The notes below the pieces were generated by a model. It did no database searches, had not been told where the DNA came from, and was given only the letters and a program-made list of their open reading frames with translations. The translations under genes were made by a program, and so were the position numbers. This document shows, one piece after another, positions 12,273-41,660 of a DNA stretch of 64,000 nucleotides; the first letter of the stretch is position 1; the number at the start of each line of letters is the position of its first letter. The stretch spans positions 33,023,455-33,087,454 of the forward strand of contig CP154954.1 of NCBI GenBank assembly GCA_039621445.1, in the 5' to 3' direction. Source of the DNA: Euglena gracilis (taxonomy: Eukaryota).

Positions 12273-14315
12273 CACCCTAGGCGCGGGGCAACCCGGCCTC
12301 CGGCTATGGATTAACTGCACGCCCCCACCCTTGGACTGTCTCCTGCCGTGTTGATTGGGCGCGTGATGCAGTTACGTTTGTCTTTTGAACCCCTCAAGTG
12401 ACCGGGTTGGCATGCTCCATTTGTTGGATTGCGCATTTTGATGGTCTGTGTTTTCATCCATGAACCCATCGTGCCAACCTGGAAATATGGAACGCAGTAC
12501 ATAAATACTTTCCCCACGCAGTTTAATGATCAGCAGGCCATTATCGAGACCATCTTTCTAGTACCTCGTCATTTGGACATCGCCATATTCTTCCCAATGC
12601 TAATAAAACAAGAATGGTAATTTTTTAAGATACAGATATCATTCAAAATATACAGATATCATTCACATTTTATGCACCCAGCTCCTGGGACAGTGTCACC
12701 AAGGGTTTTCTCAAGCCACCCCCGGGGGGGGGGGGGGTTCCATTCAGCCAGCACGTTTTTTTTTCCAGCCAGCAGCTCCCAGCTGGGCGGTGGGCCCCCC
12801 CAGGAGATCCTCCTAAATGAAGTTTAGCCAGCCCGGCAAAGCCGAGTTGGGCCGGAAAAAAGGAGGCAAAGTGGCCAAGAAATGCATTTTTGAGGGGGGC
12901 TGTTTTTAGGGATTTCAGGGTTTTTAGGGTTTTTAGGGTTTCGGGGTTTCTAGCTAAAAAAAAAACCCCAACCCAGCTGGAGTTGGACATCTCTGCCATT
13001 TTTCGGGTATCTGCCAGGCCCAGCTGCCAGAGGTCGGACCCCCCCCCCCCGAACCCCCCACCCCTCACCTGGCTGCCTGGGGGTCCAGCCAGCACCTTTT
13101 TCTAGCCGGCCCGCAGGCCCCCCCCCCCCCCCCCGGAGGTTCTTAAATGGAAACCCCTGGCTGGCATGCCCGAGAACCTGTCAGGTCCCACCCGGGATGC
13201 TGTCCGAAGCCCCAGTACCGGCCAATCTGTCATCATGGCAAGTTGCCAGGGTCCCTGGTACTGTGGTACTGGCTGACTTTTCATGTGACAGTGTCCCAGG
13301 TGGGTGGGTGTGCTTTCACGGATTTTCTACAAATTGTGTGGAATCCTTGTGGCTAACAATTTTATTGGTTTATTTCTGTGCCTCGCACCTTTTGCAAAAA
13401 AAGATTGAGGGGGGACTGAATTTTTTTTCCACCTCAAGGGCTGCGGTCGCACCAGCAGGTTGTTGGGGTGAAACCAGGGCTGTTTGAAAATCTCCAGTTT
13501 GCGACCTTCCTCTCCTGCAGAGATAAACAGCCCTGGAGTCAGTCGCAGCCGTTCAGCACACTTACCAGTGGGCGTACCCCTGAATTGCTTTTGTTTCCGG
13601 AGGCACCACCCCTCGTCTCACAACGTCTGTTCAAAATCCCAAAATTGTAGGTGTTCCTGCTTTTGCAAGCAAATTCACTTCCACCATTGCTGATTGGTTG
13701 GTTGGGAGAAACCCTCATTCAGCTCCGATATTTGTTTGACAATGTGGTGCATTGAGACGGTTGTTATGAAAAAACCTGCTTAAGGCATCCCATGCGCATC
13801 CACACCTTGAGTGGTGTGTCAAATGATTCGGCCCCGGTTAGCATCCCAACAGGTGGGGCAGCCACCTTGAAAAAAGGATTTCCCCCAAAAAAATCTCGGG
13901 GCGCGGCCCGCAACCTTCAAAGAACAAAACGGAAGCAAAGAGATAAAAATGCCAATCCAATCGCTGAGCAGATTCAGGTGGACGCTTTGTTCACTGGCCG
14001 GGGCATTTTTACGTTATGCACCTACCCCCCCCCCCCGGGAAACTGTCATGCCCGAGAACCTGTCAGGGTCCCGCCCGGGAAACTGTCAGGGTCCCCGGTA
14101 CCGGCCAACCTGTCAGGTGACAGTTTCCTGGGGGGGGGGGGGTAGGTACCAGTGTGGGAGGTTAAGCCTGGGAGCATAGAAAATGGCCCCCGGTTTTTTC
14201 TTCTGGAGCGCCCCAATGACAGTTCAATCCTCCAACTCAACCACTGCCACCCGACCCCGCAGTGCGTCGCATGCCGTGTGTCGTCTTTTTCCTCCGGGCG
14301 GTGTGAGGCGCCGGG

Positions 14316-29342
<15,027 letters not shown>

Positions 29343-29548
29343 AGTACGATGTTTCCCATCATTGTGACTTTTCCATAATGATCACCGCAGCCCGAACGGA
29401 AACGGTGACAATTGGAGCAAGTCCCCTGTTATTATGATAAAGGCAAGCGAGGGAAAGAACTGGCTGGGTAAGTTGGGCTGGGAAGGAGTATGGGGAGAAG
29501 TATGCAGATATGGTGTGGCACACATGCACACACACAAATGCAGAAGGG

Positions 29549-29606
<58 letters not shown>

Positions 29607-29747
29607 CACGCAAATACACACACAGACACACATGCATGCAAACACACGCACAAACACACATGGACAAACACACACACACACACACACACCCACACCCAAT
29701 CACACACACACACCCAATCGCCTTTTTGGCATTTATCCAACCACATC

Positions 29748-32700
29748 ATGGCGAAATGTGTATTGTACCCCAGACCATTTGTGACAAGCAGACCACCGGC
29801 TGGAAGGGAGGGCTGTGAGGCGTCTTTCCGGGAGCTGCAGGAGGAACGCCAGCGAGAGGCCATCCGCCTCCGGCTCCACGCCCCCCCACCCCGCCGCTCC
29901 GCCGACCCGCCCAATCACCCCCCCCCCACACCTGCGGACACATTGGCATCTCTACCAACCCCCCCCCCCCGCTGCCCACAGATCGATTTTCGGCACTGCC
30001 GGTTCCAGCATCAGTACACCAACTGACCCACCGATGCGGCGGTGCAGCAGTGCTTGGCAGGACACAAACGTCCCATACACTGGGGGAGACCCCGGGCCTT
30101 TTGGTTTGCTTTTTTTTTTTGGTTTTGATGGCGAAGGTGGTCCCGTTTCCCAATAAACCCGAAATGGCGAGGCCGGCACACAAAATGGCCGCCCGGCCTG
30201 ACCGCGGCAGGGTGGCCGCAGGACACGGAGTTCGCGGCGCAGCTGGCGTCGGCGAAGCAGAGCGCGGAGCAGCGCCGGCAGGCGAAGCGGGAGGCAGAGG
30301 ACCGGGACTTCGAGGAGCGCTTCGCGAAGTTCCTGGCGGACCAGACCGGCTTCGTGCGGGACCTCCGGCAGGAGGTGAAGGAGGTGTGGCTGCTGACACG
30401 GGAAGCTGGAGGGGCCGCTGACACGGAAAGTGTTCTTGATTCGATGCGCTGAGTGCACACAGGCGCAACTTCGGTCCGAAAGTGACGGGAAAAAAGAAAT
30501 GATGAGATTGTTAAAAATTATTTGATTTTGTGGCATTTTTCCCCCGTACCCTTTCTAACCCCTCCCATTCAGACTGATCCCCCATTCATACTGACTCCCC
30601 CCATTTATACCGACCGCCGTGAAGGAAAGAAGAAGAAGAAATCCATTTATATATAACCCCAACCCCCTCTCTTGCATCCGGTGCACCAAGGTAAAGCACA
30701 GAGAGGTCTCAGAAAACACAAACAAAAACACTTAGGCTCACGCCAGCGTTTATTTCTGGCGAAATGTGAACAGTGGATAATTGCTTATTGGGGGTGGATG
30801 ACAAACTGGGAGAGAGGATGAATGCACGTCACCTCGTCCCCTCCCCCCCCCCAGTTGGGCATCTTGACCCATTTATACCGACCTCCCATTTACACAGACC
30901 CCCCCCGAGATTTCAAGCAGTGTGAAAGTGACATACCGACCCATCGGTGTGAATGAGGGGGGGGGGGTACGTCTTTTGGTGGCAGTACGTAGTCAAATTT
31001 CACACACAAAGTCGGGGACAGACATTCATTTAGTGTGGTACACCAAGGTTGTCATTTTGTGGTTCACTGTGGACACCACAAAAATTTTTGTGGTTCACCT
31101 GTGGACACCAAAAAATTTTTTGTGGTTCACTTGTGGACACCAAAAAATTTTTTGTGGTTCACCTGTGGACACCAAAGTAATATTTGTGGTTCACATGTGG
31201 ACACCAAAAAATTTCCAACGCCTCTGACATTTGCATCATTTTCTTTCTCATCAACAGCAATGAAGCAATCTTCTTTGAACATGTTTGACTCAGGCGGCGT
31301 AAGTGGACCTACAATTCTGGAGCTCTAAAAACAGAAGAGGAAGCGGAAAACCACTTCCAAAAAAGGGTCATATTTTTCGATTTTTTTTGAAGAGGTTCTG
31401 ATTTTGGCCAATTCCGGTGGACGTTTGGCTCACAGTAGAGACCTATACAGTCGAACAAAAAAAAGCGGCCACCCCCCCCCCCCCCACCCCCCCCCCCCCC
31501 CCCCCACCCCCCCCCCCCCCCCCCCCCCCCCCAATCAAAAAAAACCCCCCGTCGAAACAGACCTGAGAAGGCCAATTTACTTTCGAATTCTGGTAAAATC
31601 AACAAAACCAATCAAGAAATACATGAACAGGAGGAACAGACAAAAACAAGCGTTGTTTCTGCTGCCGTAAGCCCCGAAGGAACGAAACAGAAAAATTAAA
31701 AAATGGAAGCGGTAAATATTGCATTCCGCTTCAAAAGCAGGAGATGTGCAACGAAAACTGAACGCAATGAATTATACAGAATGTAATGTAAAAATATGCA
31801 TAATGTTTGCACACCAAAAAGGAAGCGTAAAACCGCTTTGAAAGAATCCGTTAAAAAAAATGTTATGAATTGAAATGATCAACAATGATCACCAAACGAT
31901 ATTCCAATCCCAATAACAACGAAGAACGTTAACATTTATGAAATTTATGAAGATAACAGAAACTGGACAAACGGAACAGAAATTGAATGTCATTATCCAA
32001 AGTGCATAATGCAAATACGTCAAACCACGTGGAGACAGTTGCACGAGTTACGAAAGGTAGAACAGGCGAAACGATACAGACCTTCTGTTCACTTCCCCGT
32101 GCTTCACTTGGAAGGACATTTCGACATGACATTGGCGTAAAACCTGCAAAAAAAAGCAGAGCAAATATGAAGCGGTTATCCGCTTCCTCAGGCTGACATA
32201 ATACCTTTTAATTATCTCATATTGCCAAACTGCAAAAACCAGAATGAGGCTGACACTCACCCTTCTGAATGAAAAACTATACTGAATGTGGTCTTTCATT
32301 GAATGGTCAAGTTGAAGATCTGACACCACAGCAATGAAGTGGCTTTCCGGCTCCTACCTCAAAACAAAGCACATGGCATTGCCGATTTTTCAGTCACTTT
32401 TTCAGGCACTGAGGCACTCAACTGACATCCACAATGCCCCAGAACGCTCCTAATGTCCACAGCCATGCCAAAGCCCCACGATAATGTCGCGTGTTTCTGC
32501 TTCCATGAAGCGGAATTCCGCTTCATCGACGCCAGTATTTAACTTTTTGATGGTATCCTTGTTGGGTAAGTTGTCTATAGAGCATGTCTGCTTGAGAACT
32601 CTCGATAGCAATCTGTCCAATTCCAACTGCCACGCTTCGTGGATTGAGCCGGGGCCAAGGCTCAGAATGTGGTTGAGGTGTCTAAAGATCAATCCGCTTT

Positions 32701-35700
32701 TAGGTGTAAATTTTTTCTTTCGATCCTCAATCAATTTTTGTGGACCACAAATTTTTTTGTGGACACCACAAAAATTTTTGTGGTTCACCTGTGGACACCA
32801 AAATTTTTTTTGTGGTTCACCTGTGGACACCGAAAAAAAATTTGTGGTTCACACGTCTTTTGTGAACCACACTAAATGAATGTCTGGTCGGGGATATGAC
32901 ACATGGTCAATTTGGGGTTTGTTTTGTAATATAAAGAAAACAGCAACAAAAAAGGCACTACAAGACCATTTTGACCTCTTCTTTTTTGACTTTTTTGCCA
33001 GAAAAGTTTTGTCACAAGCGGGAAAAAGTATTCCATTTTCTGTGAAAACCAGTACAGTCCATAAGGGACGGGAAAGTTCTTCTTTATTTTTATTTCTTAA
33101 GGACCCCCCCTTTGGGCCAAAAGGCCAGCAAATGGCCGGACTCAGGCTTGAATGGTGTCGAAAATCAAAGTCAAAAAACACGTTTTTTGACGTTTTGGGT
33201 GGGTGGGCGCTGAGCCAGAGGTGTGGAATCAATTTTCTTCCGCTGTCGATCTGTTCTTGCCGAAAAATGCCAAATTTCCTTGCCCATTTTTTTTGTGGAT
33301 TTTTCATTGCATGTGCTGGGACAGCGGAGTTTTTTTTTAATTTTCTTATGGTGCACCAATTGTGCCAGTGAGTTGTGTGTGTGTGCGCGTGTGTTGTGCA
33401 AATTTCTTCTGAAGGAAGGGCGGGGGGGGCAATGGGAAGGCAATTTTGACCACAGGAGTCGGGTTTGGGGAGGGGGGAGCGTAACACCATGCCCCCAGCA
33501 CCGAAGGCGCTTGGCCCCCAAAATGACCGTTTTCCAGGAAACTTTTTCACCACCAGGATGCAACATTGACCCCCGTAGTTGTTGCTTTGCACTGCCTCCA
33601 GACCCTGTCGTCCCACCCACCGCAGCTGGACGATCAGCAACAGAGGAGGAAACAGCGAGATGAAAGACGACAAAATAGAACACGAGGGGATGAATACAAG
33701 GGATCAGCAACATAGTAGGAAGGAGGAGGCGCTGCACGAGGGGTGGGCGCAGTCGGTGTACCGCCCAGGCTTCTTTTTATCGACGACCCACCAACACCAG
33801 GGTTGCTATGGGATATGGGTTGCCATGGGTAGTGCTATGGGATATGGAGGGAGGGCACTTTGAAAGCCCTCACAGCTCGGTGGGCATTTGGCTTTGGGGT
33901 AGGTTAAGCTAGCACACACACAACACACACATGCACACAACACACACACGCACACGCAACACACACACACACAACACAACATAACACACATACAACGCAC
34001 ACAACGCACACACAACACAACACACACACAACACAACACAACACACACACACACAACCCACACAACACAACCCGATCACAACACACACACACCCCGGCGT
34101 GGAAGGCGCTGGGGGGCCCGAAAATGGCCAATTTTCTGGGAAGATTGCCTAGGCCCCTGGTGTGGGCCAACCCCCGCAGAACCAGGCACACCACTGCCCC
34201 CCAGGGGGTGCGAAACAGACGCCGGGCCCCGCCCGATCCAGTCGGAGATCCTCGCCCGCGTCGAGGCCAGCCCCGCCCACGCCATGGGCGCGTCCCGCGG
34301 CCGCAGCCGCGGGGACGGCGCCGCGCCGGCCGCCGCATCGCTCGGCGCGTCCGGCAGCCAGGCGACCCTGGACCGGTCGATGCAGGAGCGGCTGGACCGC
34401 ATGGCGGGCTCCATCAAGTGCCGCCCCGCCCCGCCCCACCCCGCCCGCCACACTCCCAAAAAAAAAGTTTTTTGGCTTTCTGTGTGACCAAACACCATTT
34501 AGAATGCTATTTTTTGAACCATGCGGACAGTTTACAGATAAAAAATGGGGCATTTGTATTTTTTTAGGGGTCAACCTTTGACCACAGTTCCTGGAAGCAT
34601 TGACCAGACACTATTTTTAAAGCGAAAATTTCGAAATATTTCAAGGTTTTTGGGGGGTTTTTTGATATTTTTAAGGCACCTTAAGAATTAATACCTGCCC
34701 GCCCTGCTGCCCCCACTGCTGCCGGCGCAGACACGTGAGGCTTCCACTCGTCGTGGCGCCATCGACTGCCATTTGCAGCTGTCAGTGGGCCGGAACCGCC
34801 GCCATCCCATCCCTGTCCATAAGCATCCATTAAGCCTCCCTCCCCCAGGCTGACCGACCAGCCAAAGTGATCCCCCCCCTTTTTGACGGTTTTTGTGGGT
34901 GTTATCGCCAAAAAAAATTTCGCTTTTCATGTGACCAGCACCACTTAAGGTGCTAAATCTTTTAAAGCATTGTAACGGATTTCAAATTAAAAAATGGGTA
35001 TTTATTGGGGTATTTCTAAGAGTCAGATTTTCGCCATCAGTTCCTGGAAGCATTGACCCCCCCCCCCAGCACTCCCATGGTTGTCTCTGGGGTCACCATG
35101 CGCAATTACCCTGCAGGTACTCCGTCAAGGTTCAGGACCCGCTCTTCTCCTCGCTGGGGACGCACTTCGACGAGGAGTTCAGCGCGCTGGCCGGCGTGCT
35201 GCTGAAGCGGAAGGGCCCCGAGTACCGCAACCTGGCCTCACCGCTGGAGTACCTCCGCCCCGAGGCGACCCCCAACGGCCGCTACTCCGAACAGGTGTGG
35301 GGACGCCGCCTTATTGATGCTTTAAAGCATTAAGCCCCCGGTGTAATCCAGGTCTTGAATTGGTGGCAAAAAGCAAACTCCCTCCATAAAGTGCCCACAA
35401 CGAGGTATTAGCAGCGTCGATGAATATAACCTGTTTATCATGATCCAGTTATAACTTAATAATAATAAGTAAACCCCCCCCCAAATAATACCCCCCCGGG
35501 GTATTATTTTTTCGCCCGAAGTCCCGGCCCGAGGGGGGGGGTATTATTTGGGGGGGGGGGTATTATTTTTCCAAAAATTTCGAAATTTTTCGAAGTCCCG
35601 TAAAACCCAAAATAGCACCCAAAACCCCCTTTGGGGTCATTTTTTGCACTTTCTTGTGAAATTTACCATTTTATGGAGGTCAGATGAGCCAGAAAAATTG

Positions 35701-38700
35701 ATTTTTTTTCGTAATTTGTTGTCAGAGATTGTGGTTTTTACCGACATTTTCAGGTCAAAAATCCGGGCCTTCGGCCCGGAACAGGGGGGGGGGTATTATT
35801 TCGGCGGCCGAAGTCGGACCCCGAGGGGGGGGGGTTTTATTTGGGGGGGGTATTATTTGGGGGGGGGGGTATTATTTGGGGGGGGTTTAACCTATATAAT
35901 AACCAAATGATAAAAAAAAAAAAAACAGCAATTATGTGAATAAGGCATCCTTCCAACGCTCCTCATGGGGGTCCAGCCAGCCAGAAGCCTTTTCCCGGCG
36001 CTCAGGAGAAATATTTTTAAAATAATTTTTCAGCCTTTTCTCCCATAAAAGCATTTGGTTTCTATCTAAAGGGCGGCAGGGCAGTAATGGATTTATTTGC
36101 TTTATTGGATGATATCAGGGCCCCCTGAGAGGGGCAACTCAGAGGCTGCAAAAATTTGGGTTGGCCGGAAAATGAGGGGGAAATTGGCTTGGCCAACCTC
36201 CCTATAGGGGCCCCCTTGTCTGCAGCTGGCCGGGCTGGGAAAAAATTAAAGCGGCAAAAAGGGGCGAACCAGCAAATTATGATATTTTTATGGCAGGTGG
36301 GGGGTGGGGGTTGGGGGGTGGGCGAAAGTCAGTCCGGGGGGGGAGGTACCCGGTGCCCATTTTCCCGGAATTCGGCCCCGCAGCACCCAGGAAATGCGCC
36401 GGAATCGGGCAATTGTGGCCAGGTTCAGGGAGAATGAGTGATTAAACCTCCCCCAAATAACTTTGCAGTGCCCTGAAGCTTTGCGTGCCCAAATAACTTT
36501 GCAGGGGGGGGAAGGCCGAAAAGATCGGTCCAAATGATTTTGCCCCACCCCTTTTCAAGGGAAAACACGCGAAAATTAATGCACGTTTTTGGGAAATCAG
36601 GAGGAACTGAAATGCCACAATGTTCCATTATTTGATGAATCAAAGCATTAAATTATATTACAAATATCAATGAACAGCACATGACAACAAATTATTTTTC
36701 GGGAACGTGGCCAATCGGTCCATCGTGGTTTTGGGTCCTGCCCAAATAGCTTTGGAAGGGGCTGGGCCAAAAAGATCGGTCCACTAATTTTGCAGGGGGC
36801 AAAGTTATTTTGGGGGTGGTTATTTTGAGGAATAGGGTTAGGGTAAGGATTGGTGCGCCAAAAATTGGCCATTTTTAGGGACCAAGCTAGGCTGGAAGTC
36901 AGGTCCCCATTTCGAAATGTTTTTAAGAACACAATCCGCCAAAAAACTGCCTGAATTCGACCTAAATTGGTCGGTCCGAAATGCATTAAATTCCCCCAAA
37001 AAAGGCCAGGAAGCTCTCTGAGAGTCCGGCCGTTACCCTAACCCTATCTTGAAAAATAGCCCAAATTTTCCCCAAAGGGTGGAACTCGTGTACCACCATC
37101 CCCCCCCAGGCTGACTATCGCCCCCCCCCACCGGGGGGGCCTAAGGTAGGTGGCTGCCATTTTTATTCCCAAATCTGAGATGGCCTGCCCATTTCCGCCC
37201 TATTTTCCCCCCACTGGTTTCTGGAGGAGGTCGTTAAGGGCACGCCCTGGTGGGTGGGTCACCCCCCCGGGGGATCAGGGTGGTCCATTGGGGACAAGGT
37301 ATTTTTTTTCTTGCTGAGGACCACCCCATTGGCGGCTGGCCTGAACAGGGTTAGGATGAAGCAATAGTAGATTATAACGTCGGCAAACGTATTTTCCGAT
37401 GCTTTGGGTGGCAATGGTCTATTAATACTAAAAATCAGAATTTTTTTCAAAGTCAATTTCCCTCGGGCGAGTGGGCATTTTTCCCCGGGCCCAACACCCA
37501 GCTTTTTTTCTTTTTGAGGGGGGGGAACCCCACCACCCATGACCCCCCCCCAGGATCATTTTCAACGCGAGAAAAAAAAACTGTGCTGGCATATTTAACT
37601 GAAAATCCACCGGGCAAAAGGGGGATTTTGAGATTTCTCGGCAAACCCGGGCCACCCGGTATCGTCCCCCAGCCTCCCATTCGCCCCAGAACACGCGGCT
37701 CCACCAGCGGCGGCGCGTGGCCAATGCCCCCCGGGACAAGCTGGCGCTGCCGGACCACTACGCCCCGGCGGTGCTTACTTCAGGGCGGGGGGGGGGGGGC
37801 GGGGATGAGAGACAATTATGTTCGGCAGAAGGGTTGGGGTTCGTGTTGGGATTTGTTGAGACGAGTGGTCGCATGTGTGTTGGATTGGCGTTGGGGTGAG
37901 CGTCGGGATTGGTCGGTTTCGGAACGAATGACCGACGTGCTCGGCTGCCTTCCCCGGCCGACCGGAGCCAGACCTCCGGTGGGACACCAACCGCGGACCA
38001 TGACGCCTCCGGGGGATGCCCCGGCCACGTTTGGAGTTCCGCCGGCCGCCGCCGAGCCGTCCCTGGAGGACACCCGGGTCGCCCTCCGCAGCGAAGTGGG
38101 AGGTGGGCCCAGAGCGCCTCAGAGCAGCCTCGGGAGAGGCGTATACAACAGCGCATTGCCGTGGGTGTTCGATTTGAAAAGAATACAAACGAACACAACC
38201 CCTGTGGAAGCTTTGATATGGCAATGCAACCCAACCCCCCAACTGGAGCGCCAAGAGGACGCAGAATGCAGAATGTGGGCATCCATGAACAGAAAAGTTC
38301 CTGAAAAAAAAATTCGTCAAAAATTGATGTTTTCTGCCAGAGTAGTAGCCTCAAAATGCGGTTTAAGAATTTTGGTCAAAATGCCTTAAATGGCTTTGAA
38401 ATGCCTTCAAACATTTGGTCTGGCAAAATTTTCTCCAACCAAGCAAAAATGAAAACTGCAAAATCTCAGCAAATAAAGGCCAACTCGGGAAGAAAAATGA
38501 TTTCTGGCATTGCTGGAACATTGTCTATCCAACCAAATCTCAAAAGAAATGTGTCTTTTGACTCTTTTTTTTTGATTCTGTGAAACGTGCAAAATCCAAA
38601 ACGTTAGTTTGCCCCGACAACCCTTTGACTGCCCTGGAAAATACCGCTGTAAAATGCCTTAAATGCTTTAAAAAGCCTTAAGAAATGCTTTAAAAGGCCT

Positions 38701-41341
38701 TAAAATTTGAAAATTTTTGCCTTGAAAAGTAATCCCTGGTGGCCATCCAAGAGGTGAGTGACAGCATCAGTAATATCTGATAACATGAAAAAAACAAACA
38801 GATCAAGGAAGTACCAGAAATTACAGGCGAAAGGAAAATATTTGGTGTTTTAAGCTTGGTAATCTGGTACCTCAAACGATAAATTGAATCTCTTTGGCCA
38901 GCCAATCAAAATAAGTTGTGGCTCAATGGGCGAGGGAATATAACAAGGAAACTTTTTGTACAAGATGAATGAAGAAAAACATTCCGCTGACCCCCAGAAT
39001 AACAAGCCTCCCTGACCCCTCCTGCCAGCATTGGATACCCCTCAGGCTTTCTGTGTACAAACATCATTGGCAGGCATATTCTTAATGGCCCCTCCGGGGG
39101 GGAGGGGCGTCCAAAACATCCAGGCAACAGATTGTGTTCTGATGAGTCAGGGGGGCCTTCAGCATACCCCCCCCCCTATGTCCAACGACCCCTGTATGTC
39201 CAATGACCACCCCCCCGGTCAGAGGACACCTTTTCAGAGGTTTGACCAAATTTTTGGTCCCGGCGCTTCACGCCGGGACGAAAAATTTTGCCCAAAAATT
39301 GGCCAAAAATTTGGCCAAAGTGCCATTTTTGACACTTTTTGGACAAAAATTTGTCAAAATTGCCCAAAATTTTCGGCGCGAAGCGCCAGAAGGGAAAATT
39401 TGGGCATTTTTGGGTGGGTAGGGACCCGGGTACCCACCAACTTTCTTTTGACCCCATGTCCAACGACCACCCTCCCGGTCAGAGGACACCTTTTTGGTCA
39501 CTACCCTATGTCAACGACCACCCCCCCCCCCGGTCAGAGGACAGAGGTTACCGGTCATTGGACATAGGGGGGGGGGGGTAATTGTGCCTGCTTTCCCACT
39601 GGCGATGTGACAGCGGTTTCTCCTTTGGGGAGGTGCGCACTTTTTAGGGAGGTAGTTTCGGACCCCTTGGGGGTGCGCATTTATTTGGGCACTGCGCTTA
39701 ATTAGGGCACTGCGCTTAATTAGGGCACTGCGCACTTTTGGGGGGGGTTTAGGCCCAAGTTAGGCCGCATTCCGGACGAATTTTGGCTGAATTCGGGCAC
39801 TTTTTTTTTGCCTAAAAATGGGACCCAATTTCTGGCATAACTTTGTCCCTAAATTGGACCAATTTTTGGCGCACCGATCCAGCCCTGACCCTATTCCTAA
39901 AAATTAAGTGCCCATCCTACCTGAATCCACTGCCGGTTGCCCTGAAACCGCGCACTTCCCCCGTGCCGCGGGCAAGCACCTATATTTAAAATGGCCAAAA
40001 ATGGCCGGAAATGGCCGAAAATGGCCGAAAATGAAATTTTGGGCTCTATAGGTGGGGGTCCCGAAAATGGCCGAAAATGGCCGAAAATGGCCGAAAATGA
40101 GACAATTGTTGCAATTTTTTCACATTTTTTTTTGCCTAACAGTTTCTTTTTCCCTGAGGGGCAATTTTCAGTGCGACTGATTCTTATCTCTGTGCAGCCT
40201 TTCTTCTTTTGTTATCATGCCTGGCCCTGCAACACATGCTGCTCAAAGAACCACCTCCGAATGGGTTATTTGGGCCAAAGCCGATGGCTTTGATGACATT
40301 TCAGAAAATTGTGGTGACAAGGTGCAACCAGGCAAAGTATGTGATGCGTTTTTTTCTCCGTTAAAGGTGTGATTCCTGCATCAGGTTTATTGCACACAAG
40401 TGGATGGGATCTAACAGTGCCACCATCAAACAATGTTGCTTGGGGTATCAAGTTGGAATAGGTGAGGGGAAGTTGTTTGTGAAAAGTATCCACGCCAAGA
40501 GGCTTGAAGAGAAAAGCACCAGTTTTGGTGTTGCCATCCACCATTGTGGTTAATATGTCATGTGCCAACCACTCTCATGTAGCGTCCCAAGAACCCCCAG
40601 CAAAAAATGACCAAAGTGGACAAGAGCCTCTCTGGCAGGAAAAAAGAAGCTTATTCCCAAAACCTTATATTTGCATATTGCAACAAAAAACTCTTTGACC
40701 TCTTTAATCCCTGAGCACCCATTCCAAACGGACCTCCTTGGATGCGTTAGCTTGTCACAACTGCTTTCATGTTGACTGAATGACCAAAATGCATTGTAGG
40801 TATGAAAGAATTTTAAGGCAGCTTTACCCCCCACTTGTAGGAAAAAATGGCCGAAAATGGCCGAAAATGGCCGAAAATGGCGAAAATCTGGGGGTCAACT
40901 ATAGGTTGTTGCCCGCGGGACCGAAAAGTCGGACCCAGGTCACCCCCCCCCCGGGGGGGGGAGGCATTAAGAATATGGCTTCCATACACATATTGGGGGA
41001 TCAAACCTCCAGGACCAGAAACTAAAACATTTTCTGCTGCAATTTTGCCCTCATTTTGCCCAAGTCTACTTTTCTCACACAAAATTCCAATGCGCTTTAA
41101 AAAAAATAATGCCTGATGGCAGCCATTGACAACAACAACCCCCAGCTCAAAATGCTGCGGGCCAACCCCTCTCGTCCACAGAACGCCGAAGGGCCGCCTC
41201 AGACCGGGGGGCTGCATCACGTACCAGGGAAGCGCTCTGCCGGGGAAGCGGATGGTCAGCCACTCCCCGACCGCCCCCGGGCCCCGGCCCACCGGCCGCA
41301 AGGCCCTGCAGGGGCCCCCCGACGGCCTCGGGTCGCTCTAG
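29748..41341 (+). CDS. FAM228-like protein (multi-exon)
   Basis: Exons: 29748- MAKCVLYPRPFVTS; ~29808-29880 EGCEASFRELQEERQREAIRLRLH; 30222-30381 DTEFAAQL..FAKFLADQTGFVRDLRQEVKE; ~33626-33660 LDDQQQRRKQ; ~33718-33762 RKEEALHEGWAQSVY; ~34240-34418 EILARVE..QERLDRMAGSIK; 35117-35294 YSVKVQDPLF..; ~37705-37770; ~37990-38095; ~41182-41341 TPKGRLRPGG..GSL*. The pattern F(V)xDL...RKExLHxxWxxxVY..DPL resembles recalled FAM228. Coding status is strong; the family call is moderate. Confidence 0.6.
30549..30967. mobile_element. TA-flanked MITE
   Basis: TA|CCC..CCCATTCATACTGA repeats at the left and TCGGTGTGAATGAGGGG..G|TA at the right. Confidence 0.55.
31019..32886. mobile_element. hAT-like non-autonomous transposon, 1.87 kb
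   Basis: 21-bp TIR CAGACATTCATTTAGTGTGGT / ACCACACTAAATGAATGTCTG, a perfect 8-bp TSD GTCGGGGA on both sides, and subterminal ~29-bp tandem repeats TGTGGTTCACCTGTGGACACC. Confidence 0.92.
39167..39578. mobile_element. Tc1/mariner-type MITE, TA TSD
   Basis: TA|C-run-TATGTCCAACGACC ... GGTCATTGGACATA-G-run|TA. Confidence 0.8.
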
Positions 41342-41660
41342 GCCGCTGCCCACCGCCGCCAGCCCCAACTCCGTTTCTATCCTGTGTGTGTCCCATTTGG
41401 GCGAATGCCTCCCTTCAGCCCCGATGCCTTTGCGTCTTGCTCTTCCTCAGTTGTCTTTGAGAGGGATTCATTTTTGTTCATGTCCCCTCCGTACAAACCA
41501 CATTGCTGTTTGCGAAAACAAAACTGTTGGTCATTTTCAAGAAGAGGAGGTGAATTTCAAAAGACAATTTGTTTTATTCCACATCAGTTTGTTTTGCCCG
41601 TTGAGAAAACAGCCGCGCCAAGGAATATGTGACACCACTCCCACATTATGTGCCCTCCCT

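Noticed and set aside
13505-13650. Exon-like block after a pyrimidine tract + CAG
   Set aside because: No convincing coding frame. It may be a 5' UTR exon of the BLUF gene but cannot be supported.
31030-31210. CRISPR-like ~29-bp repeats (also 32735-32870)
   Set aside because: No unique spacers and no cas genes. These are subterminal repeats of a TIR transposon in a eukaryotic intron.
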